DNA from: Camelus dromedarius
Lineage: Eukaryota
Reading direction: 5' to 3'
Length of the DNA stretch: 64,000 bases
NCBI RefSeq assembly: GCF_036321535.1
Contig: NC_087437.1
Span: forward strand, 89,902,001-89,966,000
Under the pieces are notes generated by a model, which saw nothing but the letters and a program-made list of their open reading frames with translations, was not told the origin of the DNA and did not search any database. Both the position numbers and the translations under genes were made by a program. Below, in pieces: positions 53,701-64,000 of this stretch. Every line of letters begins with the position of its first letter. Position 1 is the stretch's first letter.

Positions 53701-56499
53701 CCCATTTTTTTTTTCAGTTTAGTAACAGTGAGGGAGTTCCTGAGGGAATTATCCAAGAAGGCTGATAGAGTACTGTGAGCTGACACATGAGTCTGTTCTT
53801 GGAATTGATGAAAAACAAAGGTTTATAAGCTAAGACCTTCTGGGGAAAAAAATGAAAAGAAGTCATGTAAAAACTCATTGTTTGCAAAGTTAAGTAGTTG
53901 AACAAGTGCCCAAAGACATGAACTCTAGACCACATCTCCCAGACCCCCAAGAGAAGTACTGTCAACAGAGCTGTTGGAAGAGATACAGCCTGGGAACTGA
54001 GTTTCTGCATGATTCAGTCTCAAGGGTGGGAGATTTCTACTCCTTTATGCGTTCAGGGTTTGAACACAAATTTGGGATCTGTTATGTGACAGACATTGTG
54101 TTAGGTGCTAAGAATATAAATACGAGAAACTTACAAACATGTAAAGAATATAAACATGAGAAAGCATTAAGAAATGTATTACCTCTTAGGGTAAAAGAAC
54201 ATAACCAGCATAAGTAAAATAACATGATTAGTCTTATTGTAGACACTATAACCTGGTGCATAAAGAGGGTTTTGCTTTACTCTTCTTGTGTAAGTCAATG
54301 CAAAGAAAAGATTACTCCAAAAATAACTACATAAATGAACAAAAGCAAACAGTACAATGGTGAGATGAGAAATCTAGGAATTTCTGATGAAAAACAATCT
54401 CTTGAAAACATTGAATTTGAAATATAAGAGCAAGTACCACCAAAGGTCAAATGCAAATTACAAAGAAGGGATGATGTAACTAAATACCTTTGCTAGAATT
54501 AATTGCAAAATGTTACATCTAAAAGTGCCTTTGTTGATCTTGAAGATGGTGTGGCTGACCCTTCCCTACCAGAGTATTTTTCCAAGTTCTACTACTGAAC
54601 TCAGAATGATTTGTTCCATGAGAATCAAATATGAGCATTCTAATACGTGATCCTATTTTTAATCATATGCTCAGCAACCAAGATAAGAGGGACTCATGTT
54701 CTGTTTAGTCTTCAATGAATAAATAAGTGAAGATTCTATATAAAAGCAAATGTGGAAAAAAGCAATGCCTCAAGTTTTTAGACAGTGCTATATGATTTGT
54801 TATTTGATATGGCATGGGAAGACAACTAAGTTTGCAAAAATGAATGAAGATTTCTGTAATCTTTTCCACTTCTCTCTCAATCGATATTTAGTTACAAAAT
54901 AAAGGTTGTCTGATAGAACTCCATTAAGCGAAAGCTAGTTAATTTAAAATCTTTTTGTCCTAAATTATGTTCTTATATTTCCTAGGGTAATTTGTCACAG
55001 AATTTTATAGTAGTCATCAAGATAATTAAGTTCTGAAACAGGTTCTAACAGCAGGGAGCGATGGAACATAAATTAAAAGAGTTTTAAATAACCACATTTT
55101 ATTTAAATCCCCAACTGTACACTCAAACAAATTTACCTTTGTAGCATTAATAGACTTACATTGCTACATTTTAAGGAAAAGTCAAAACTGAAAGCCTTTA
55201 ATCACAATTGCTTTTAATTCTAAGTGAAAGTTTGAATTACAGCAGTAGCCATTGAAAAGAAAGGGTATTTGAAGTTGTTTCCTGCTGACAGTTTTAATTT
55301 GACTTGCTTTGTATTGTTTCTGGCCGCTCTAAGATTTCAGCTGACGTTGCATCAATTTTAAGTCACACTTCTGTTTAAATAAATTTAAATACATAAATGG
55401 AAGATGTGAGGATAACAACTGAGGAAAACAGAAATGGAAAAAATTGACACAATTAAAGAGAGAATATGAAGTAATATGAACAACAGACTCATGAAAATTG
55501 TTGAGCCTAATGCATAATAAATGAATACAAAGAAAGAATTCCAAAAGGGAAGTAGAGAAATTACATAGGGATATGGTCTAGATAAAAAATAATAGTAAAT
55601 TAAACAGATTTGAATACATATTTACCTAGGAATAAAGGTTTAAAAATTAGTATAAATTATCCCAAAGAAGAAGAAAAAGCTGAAAAAAGATTTTATTGTT
55701 TACAAATATGATGATTTTAATTGGGATCTGTCAGTTGATCTAAAATTGGAATTATTCAAATAACGAGAATAACAAAAACATTCCATGAAATGAAATATCC
55801 TATATGTGATGTTAAAAAACTCAGATGTTCTGACAAACAACCTGAATTAATGTATCATAATTGCAATATAACAGGTTATTTTAGATATTTTTAAAATAAA
55901 TACCCTTCTTATAAAGATGCTTCCCCAGTCAAAGAAAAAGAAATGCATATGCAATTAACATAGCATGCTACTCATATTTCAAAAATAATATTTTTAAATA
56001 TTCAGCATAGAAAGACATCAATGTTACACAATTTCATGTCTCCTATATCTCATTTGAGAGCAAATGACAAACATATCTACACATGCAGAGTATGCTGATT
56101 GTTTCCGTTCAACATGGAAAAGATAGGTAAATAGATCACAGATTAGACAAATATAGAGAAATACATGTAAACATACATATATGTATACAATAATTTCTAG
56201 GGCATTTATCTGTTTCAATATTTATATCTCCAAGTTACCTAATTTTTGTGATTGTGTCTGTGGAACTGTATTCAAAGTCAAGAAACATGATCATAATTGC
56301 TATCCCCATCCCCAACCAATCTAACTATCCTTCCATTCTGTTTTAGTAGTAAATTGAATTAGATTGACAAGATTAATCTTTACAATCCCATAGAGTCAAC
56401 CCCAAATATCTATGTTAATAGAGTACACTGTTAACAGGAGCAGGAAGAAAGACAGAATGATGTAAATGCATACAAATGATGGGTTCTGTTGGCAGGAAG

Positions 56500-56650
56500 A
56501 TAGTAGAAAGAACTCTGGACTCAGGACTTGGTTCCAGCTCTGCTACCAACGGTCTGTGTGACCTTGTGCTCGATGGTTAAACACTGTGAAATCACAGGAT
56601 AGTACTAGATGATCTTTAAGACCCATCCCAGGTGAAAAGACTTTAATTCC
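56500..56650 (+). mobile_element. MIR (MIR3/MIRc-like) fragment
   Basis: 'gtagaaagaactctggact...ccagctctgctaccaac...tgtgtgacctt...ctagatgatctttaag'. Confidence 0.65.
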
Positions 56651-58884
56651 AACTACAATGTAATGTTATAATTCAGCCCTTAAAAGATATTCAAGTCCTA
56701 ATAGTGGCCTCGAGTCAGAGTAATTGCTAACCTTTGCTCTGTAACAAATACAACTTTTATAGCAAGTAATTCTAAAAGGTAGGAACTCAAAGGATAAAAG
56801 AAAATGAATAGGTTACACTGCCAAAAAGAATCCTAAGGTGGATAACAAATCAGGTGTCTGCCTTAAACTCAGTATGACAGTAAAGAAAGGTCATTGCTAT
56901 TGTAGGATACACAACAGCAAAACTGAAAACAATAGTTTCACATCATGCAACTTAGCACTTGAAATCGGAAGTTCAGTATGACTCTAAAGTGTTAGAAATG
57001 ATTTGATTAGTAAAAATCAACAATAAAATGAGCATTTCCTTGCATATTATTGAGGTCCTCAGGATATATTTATAATGTCTTTGGATTAAAATATCTATTT
57101 ATATCTACCCATCTACTTAAGTATATGCATGCATGAGAGATAGATACATATAAATATGGAAATTAAGCAATTTCCACAAGATAATTGCTAGGATGTAAAC
57201 TCATTAAATGCTGGAATTTTTTAAATTATTTTTTCTACTGAATCATCAGTGCCTAGAACAGAAAGTTTCGCACATACTAATAATACATATTTATGTCAAT
57301 AAATATATTTTGAAAGATGATCAATTAAATAGACACATAACCAGTGCTAGCTTTCAAGTTTTCTAATGACTAGAGCAATATTTTCACTATACTTAGAGCT
57401 CTTTTTTCAAACTAAATTATTTAAACTCATGAAATTTTGCTCCCTATGTGGGATATTAAATATTTTACAATGGAATATGCAGATAGAGCACTTAAGTGAC
57501 ACAAAATGGAGAAATAAATGTTGTCTAAGAAACTTCAAAAGAGTATTGATTCTGGAAATTCCAGAACTGTTAGTATTCTAGAAGAGGCAGAAAAAGGGTG
57601 CTTATCTTTAGGTAAATTTCAGGACTGCTTCAAATTATAGGTCCCTAATCTAGTTTCATTTTTATGGGAAATTCTGAGGTCAGTGAGAGTTCCTAGAGCA
57701 AGATTAAAGTCCAGCCTGAATGCTGAAGTCAGCTAGCATCTCATTTGAAAAAAAAAAAAAAAAAAAAAAGTCGTTCAGAATGTTGATCTGGTGTGAGTTT
57801 TTGTTTTTTTGCTTGTTTACTTTGGTAATTAGCACAATGTCAAAGTATAGTGGAAAAAGTCACACTTATAAATTTATAAGTTTCTACCATAGTGTCAGTC
57901 TAGATGAAATATAAAATGATTAAAATAATGTTACAAAAAGAGAGTCGATAACTTACATATATTTCAAACACCCTATCTACAAGTACTTAAAAGTAAATGT
58001 TTAAAATTTCTCAACATTCAGACTTATTTTACAAAGTAAATAACTTACAGATGGTTTTAAGGAATATTAAATATATTGTGACAAGTACTATGATTTGAGT
58101 TTTTTAGTAAATAGTGATTAGATTTGTACTGTTTTTTTAATCAAAGAGGGGGAAAATCCTCTAATCAACCTTGCTGCTTTTAAATGATTTTTTTATTGAC
58201 ATTTAATAAATCTTTCTGATAGCTTCACATATTAAGATACACTTTTGACAAAAATGTCTTTCATTATTATTCAAAATAGCACATTCCAACAGCTTGATTG
58301 AGTACCTGTAGCACTATCTACATTTCAGGAGTTGAAACTAATAATTAATCTTAAAAGCAGAGATTTCTAGCTCCTGTAGGTATGAAAACATTGCAATTGC
58401 TTTGATAATTTGTTTTCCACTATCATGCAATCTCTCGAGAGTTGGAAACTAAAATATCAGTGTTACACAGATAAAGCATAAAGGCAGGATGGAGAGTAAA
58501 AATGTGACTTGCAAAGAGATAGATATGTACATTATATACAGATTAGCATGAATAAATAGTATTTAAGATATGCACCTATCTAGACAAGCACGTTGAAGGC
58601 TCAGTTATCTTGAGTTATTGCAAAGCATTATTGTAGTGCTAAGTAGATTTAAACAAATTTAAGATGATATCTAACCTTTCAAGTACCATATGGATTTGAG
58701 AGTTTTACAAGCTTCCTGTATTGAGTTACTTCTTGTATAGAGTAATTTTTAATCTCTTGACAATCTTGTGCACCCTTCTAGAAATTAAATATAAATTATT
58801 TATTTTGTCCTCTCTCCCAAAACACCATAATATCTAATATACCAATTTAATCCTGAGCAATACAAAGTTATAATTAACATACAA

Positions 58885-60470
58885 AGGAAACTGACACACT
58901 ATAATTACCCAAAGTCCATAGTTCACCTTACATTCACACTTGTTGTTTGTACATTCTATGGGCTTGGTAAATGTAAAATGACATATATCCATCATTATAA
59001 TATCACATGGAGTACTTTCACTGCCCTAAATATCCTCTGTGCTTTGCCACTATTTCTCACCATCCTCCCCACCCCTGCAACCACTGACCTTTTTATTGTC
59101 TCCATAGTTTTGCCTTTTCCAGAATGTCATATAGTTGGAATCAAACAGAATGTAGCTTTTTCAGACTGTCTTCTTTCACTTAGTAATATGTATTTAAGTT
59201 TCCTCCATGACTTTTCATGGTTTGATAGCTCATTGATTTTTAGAATGAATAATATTCCATTCTCTGGATGTACCACAGTCTACCTACCCATTCACCTCCT
59301 GAAGGACATCTTGGTTCCTTCTAAGTTTTGTCACTTATGAATAAAGGTGCTGTAAAAATTTTTGTGCAGGCTTTTATATGGACATGTTTTCAACTCCTTT
59401 GGATAAATATCAAAGGGTTCAATTGCTGGATTATATGATAAGACTATGTTTAGTTTCGAAGAAACCATCAAACTGTCTTCCAAAGTGTCTGTACCATTTC
59501 ACATCCCCACCATCAATAAATGAGAGCATTCTTGTTGCTCCACATCCTCTCCAGCATTAGATGTTGTCAGTGTCTTGGGTTTTGTCTGTCCTAATAGGTG
59601 TGTAGTGGTATCTCATTGTTGTTTTAATTTGCATTTCCCTGATGACATACAATGTAGACCATCTTTTCATATGCTTATTTGCCATCTGTGTATTTTCTTT
59701 GGTGAAGCATCTGTGTTGGAGAAGGTCATAGAGAGAACATGACCTCTGGTTGACCTCCAATGCTGGACTCAGGCAATCAGAGGCTTCTTATCCATTCCTC
59801 CACCCTTGGAATGTGTGTTCTACTCACTGTTCCTATAGTAGGAGTTGCTTTAAAGCTGTAGCCTTGAGAGAATAATGTTTTACTGAGACTATCTGGACTG
59901 TGTATGTGACAGAACCCCCTTAAAGCTTCTTTATATACTCTTAAGATTCTGGTAGGTGGATGCAAAAATCTACTCAGCTGAAGCCACCCAAAACAATCCT
60001 AAAATGTAAGTTCCCATGTTTATTAAAACTGGCATCTTCCCATCTGGAGAGGCCTACCTTTTTCTTCATCTCTCTTGCCCTCCAGGTAAGGCGACCAATT
60101 TCAGATTTCACCTGGAAAACTCCTGATGGTTTCAAGTCAACAGTCTGTATAGGTCTTTAGCCCATCTGTTAATTGGGTTATTTGTTCTCTTACTGTTGAG
60201 TTTAAGGGTTTCTTGTATATTTTATATTAGGGTCCTTTATCAGATATGTCCATTGCAGATATTTCTCTCAGTCTAGGGCTTAGCTTTCAATTTTCTTGAT
60301 ACTGTCTTTCACAGAGAAGCTGTTAATTTCCAATGGAGTCCAGCTTATCAATTATTTAATCAATGGATCATGTCTTTGGTGTTATAATCTAAAAAGGAAT
60401 TACCATACCCAAACCAAGGTCACTTGTGTTTTCTCTTATGTTATCTTCTAGAAGTTTTTACACTTTTGCA
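58885..60470 (-). mobile_element. Old L1MC (L1MC1-like) 3' UTR and ORF2 end, interrupted by an LTR
   Basis: 'cccaaagtccatagtt...tacattctatggg...actgccctaaatatcctctgtg'; ORF2 remnant [26 protein letters not shown] on the minus strand. Confidence 0.88.
59714..60142 (+). mobile_element. 429-bp ERV solo LTR inserted in the L1MC
   Basis: TGTTG...CAACA termini; flanks atctg/gtctg; L1 sequence resumes exactly after it; TATA-like box near 59930 and ATTAAA near 60023. Confidence 0.8.
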
Positions 60471-61703
60471 ATCCAATCCAAAAATGGGCAGAAGACCTAA
60501 ACAAGCAATTCTCCAATGAAGACATACAAATGGCCAATAGGCACATGAAAAAATGCTCAATATTGCTAATTATCAGAGAAATGCAAATCAAAACTACCAT
60601 GAGGTATCACCTCACACCTGTCAGAATGGCCATCATTCAAAAGTCCACAAACGATAAATGCTGTAGAGGGTGTGGGGAAAAGAGAACCCTCCTACACTGC
60701 TAGTGGGAATGTAGTTTGGTGCAGCCATTATGGAAAACAGTATGGAGATTCCTCAAAAAACTAAAAATAGACTTACCATATGATCCAGCAATCCCACTCT
60801 TGGGCATATATCTGGAAGGAATCTAATTCAAAAAGACACATGCACCCCAATGTTCACAGGAGGACTATATACAACAGCCAAAACATGGAAAAAGCCTAAA
60901 GATCCATGAACAGATGATTGGATAAAGACACTGTGGTATATTTATACAATGGAATACTATTCAGCCAAAAAAAGAATAAAGGAATGCCATGTTGCAACAT
61001 GGATGGACATGGAGATCATCATGTTCATCGTCATTTTTTTTTTTTTTGGAGTTGAAGAAAATCTTTTCTTTTTTTAAAATTGATTTATAGTCAGTTTACA
61101 ATGTTGTGTCAATTCCTGGTGTACAGCACAATCTTTCAGTCATACATGAATATACCTATATTCATTTTCATGTTCATTTTCACCATGACCTACTACAAGA
61201 TCTTGAATATATTTCCCTGTGCTATACATTATAAACTTGTTTATCTATTCTATATATGCCTGTCAGTATCTATAAATCTCAAAATCTCAGTCTATCCCTT
61301 CCCACCCTCCTCCCCTTGGCAATCACAATTTTGTATGGAGATCATCATTCTAAGTAAAGCCAGAAAGAGAAAAATACCATGTTATATCACTCATATGTGT
61401 AATCTAAAAAAAAAAAAAAAAGGCAAAGACACTAGTGAACTTATCTACAAATCAGAAACAGACTCACAGATCTAGAAAACAAACTTAGGGTTACCAGGGG
61501 AAAGGGGGTAGGAAGGAATAAATTGGGAGTTTGAGATTTGCAAATATTTATATATATAAAATAAACAAGTTTATACTGTATAGCACAGGAAACTATATAC
61601 AATATCTTATAGTAACCTATAATGAAAAAGAATATGTAAACAAATACATATCTATATATGTATGCCTGAAACATTATGCTGTACACCAGAAATTGACACA
61701 ACT
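60471..61703 (+). mobile_element. Younger 5'-truncated L1: ORF2 C-terminus plus 3' UTR, no poly(A) tail
   Basis: Translates to [29 protein letters not shown]...[50 protein letters not shown] (cysteine-rich ORF2 end); 3' UTR ends 'acattatgctgtacaccagaaattgacaca'. Confidence 0.93.
61023..61334 (-). mobile_element. Antisense L1 3'-end fragment nested in the young L1
   Basis: 14-bp TSD atggagatcatcat at 61009-61022 and 61335-61348; T14 at 61034-61047; reverse-complement similarity to about 61479-61700. Confidence 0.88.
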
Positions 61704-61704
61704 A

Positions 61705-63460
61705 TATTTTCCTTCTCTCTAATGACCTTTTCTTAATATTCATGCAAGGCTGGTTTACTGGCAACAAATTCCTTGAATTTTTGTTTGTTGGAAAAAGTCT
61801 TTCTCTTTCACTTTTGAAGGAAAATCATACAGGGTACAAAATTCTAGATTGGTGGGAATTTTCTCTCAACACTTTAAATATTTCACCCTCTTCTTATGTG
61901 CATGTTTTCTGAGGATATGTCATAATTCTTGTCTTTGTTCCTCAATAGATATTTTTCCCCTTTGGCTTCCCTAGGATTTTTTTTTTTAACTTTGATTTTT
62001 GGTAGTTTAAAAATGATATTTCTAGGTGTATTTTTTAAGCATTTATCCTGCTTGATGTTCTCTGAGGTTCCTGAATATGTGATTTGGTGTCTGACATTAA
62101 TTTGAGGAAATTCTGAGTTATTGTTTCAAATATTCTTCTTTTCCTTCTTTGGTACTCCCATTAAGTGTATGTTACACCTTTTGTAGTTGTCCCACAGTCC
62201 TTGGAAATTCTATTCTGTTTTTTGTTTTTTTTTTCCCCCAACCTTAATTCCCTGCCTTTTATTTTTGGAGATTTTTATTGAGATCTCCTCAAGTTCAGAG
62301 ATTCCTTCCTCAGCTGTATCTAGTCCACTAACAAGCCCAACAAAATCATTCTTCATTTCAATTTTAGTATTTTTATCTCTAGTATTTCTTTTTGGTTCTC
62401 TCTTAACATTTCCACTCTGCTTCCACTGACCATCTGGTCCAGCATGCTATTTACTTTATCTACTGGCACACTTGGCATATTAACTTGCTGACTCTTTAAA
62501 CTGAATTTTTGCTCTTGGCATGCCTTGTGATTTTTTTCTCAATAGCTAGGCACAACATACTACATAAAAGGAACTAATGTAAAAAGGCATTTAATAATCA
62601 TCTAGTGGTAAGGTGTGCCGGGAGGGGAAGCATTCTACATTCCTATAATTAGGTCTCAGTCACTCAGTCAGTAGGGATCCTTTTTACCTCTGGACTGCAA
62701 ACTTCGAGTTTCTCAGGTTTGTTTTTTCTCTCTTCTTTTTCTTTTTCTTTTTTTCCTCCCTGCTTAGACGGTACAGGAAAGCTAGAGTGAGCTGGAGTTG
62801 GGAATTTCCCTTCTTCAGGTCAGTTAGGCTCTGATCATACTCCAGCAGGTTTGGCTCTAGTTAACTAGTTTCCCTTGAGGGCAGGCCTTGTTGAGAAGAC
62901 AAAATGCTCTGGTATATTTCACATGTTTTTTTCACCTCCCCCATGGAGATGGCAGGGAGGAGATGGGGAGTATCTTTCTGTGATTGCCTGGTGGGATTTT
63001 TCTCTGATATTTACTGTGGGAGCCTGGTCAAGCTCCTGCGAGTAAACTTTACAATATTTTGAGGTCTTCCCTATGGCTGAGGCCCCTGGAGGTTTTTTTT
63101 TTTTTAACTCTCAAATGTGTACACACTAAGTATTCAGCATTTCAACAATTACAGTTCAAACTCTTAAAATGGAAACAGGTTGATGGAAAATAAAGTTTCT
63201 AAAAATTGTGAAAAAAAATCAATTACAGTTCAGGTCTTCCTATCCTGGCACTGGTTTTCAAGGTGGCTTGCACTTATGAGTCTCTGCTTGGGTGTGTCTT
63301 GACTCCCTGATTTATGCCTGTCTTTCCAATCTTGAGAACTTTGCCCTGGGTTTTCCCCTTTGCTTATGGATCCAAGAAAAGGTGCTGATTTTTAGGCTGT
63401 TCACCTTTTTACTTGTTAAAATGTAGTAGAGACTTCCAAGCTCCTTAAACGCAGAACCTA
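61705..63460 (-). mobile_element. Old L1M (L1MC-type) ORF1 and 5' UTR region
   Basis: 'ctggcaacaaattcc...cttttgaagga...aaaattctagattg' ORF1-antisense motifs; 5' end 'gacttccaagctcct...gcagaacc'. Confidence 0.75.
63159..63219 (+). pseudogene. 61-bp retroposed polyadenylated RNA 3' end (source unknown)
   Basis: 13-bp TSD caattacagttca at 63146-63158 and 63220-63232; AATAAA at 63189-63194; A8 at 63211-63218. Confidence 0.75.
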
Positions 63461-64000
63461 TGATCTGAATTTAACTGAAAATATTGCATCCTTGATTCAT
63501 AAATTAGTCATTTGGGTCCTAAGTGACAAACTCAGATCAAGGTGGGCCTCAAGTGTGGTTACTCTATTGGAGCTTGATGGTCAAAACATAAAATAAGGTA
63601 ATAAACTATATACATAAACCAAAAGGAAGACAGAGTCACAGAGACATGTGTGGGTCAAGAATGAATGTTATGTATTTTGCAGATAGTTAAATAAATACGC
63701 CAAAAACAAAAATATAAAATAATACTCCCATAAGAAAACAAACAGCAATTAATTTAAATAGCAAAATTTACTTTAGGTTGAAGAAAAATGCAAGCAATAA
63801 CTTGGTATGTTGATAATTCAGTGATGGATAAACAAATATACATGATAAAATTGAGACAGGAGGGAATGGGGAAGGACATAGCCATTCAAGGAATGTTGCA
63901 GCAATTTACACCAAAATGGTGGAAGATTCAACTCCCACTAGGCCCTGAGGCTCAAGATGGCAGGAGATTTAACTTCTAGTAGAACTTGAGCTTCATTATG

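Noticed and set aside
53717..53773. Plus-strand exon candidate LVTVREFLRELSKKADRV
   Set aside because: Good acceptor but weak donor (ACT|gtgagc), opposite strand to the other exons, and no partner exons.
57748..57769. Isolated poly(A) run as a retroposon tail (similar runs near 34838, 36595 and 37881)
   Set aside because: No convincing TSD or upstream element.
1795..63979. ORF-track ORFs as protein-coding genes
   Set aside because: All are 60-131 aa, many with non-ATG starts. They are explained by microsatellites (3213, 40306, 40579, 42214), Tigger or L1 remnants, or chance in AT-rich DNA.
1..64000. CRISPR arrays, rRNA/tRNA genes, CpG-island promoter, operon-like system
   Set aside because: None seen; the sequence is mammalian intron-like DNA with no regularly spaced repeat-spacer array and no CpG island.

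Overview
Mammalian, AT-rich, CpG-poor genomic DNA that looks like the introns of one large gene, densely packed with old eutherian repeats (L2, MIR, MER5, MLT1 LTRs, Tigger). The young L1 3' end and the lack of any recognisable Alu/B1/Bov-A/CHR/PRE1/Can-SINE copy suggest a camelid or related laurasiatherian genome (inference). None of the ORFs in the supplied track looks like a real gene: they are chance ORFs, microsatellite translations or transposon remnants. Scanning for splice signals by eye gave two convincing phase-0 coding exons on the minus strand (34878-34937 and 31315-31398). They splice in frame to KSNCVIIADDFEAHSLLGKE-LKIKFKVFIEDINQLENLDNCVRSTLVQ; I cannot name the gene. A few weaker minus-strand exon candidates are also present. 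Other points of note are a near full-length Tigger1, a very decayed hAT/Charlie transposase fossil (~17750-19260) and a nested retroelement stack at 58885-63460. The stack is an old L1MC carrying a solo LTR, a young L1, an antisense L1 3' fragment with TSD and a short extra 3' segment, and a 61-bp TSD-flanked poly(A) retrocopy. I found no convincing evidence of a novel biological system. Repeat family names are from recognition of consensus motifs, not from a database search, and repeat boundaries are approximate unless a TSD is given.
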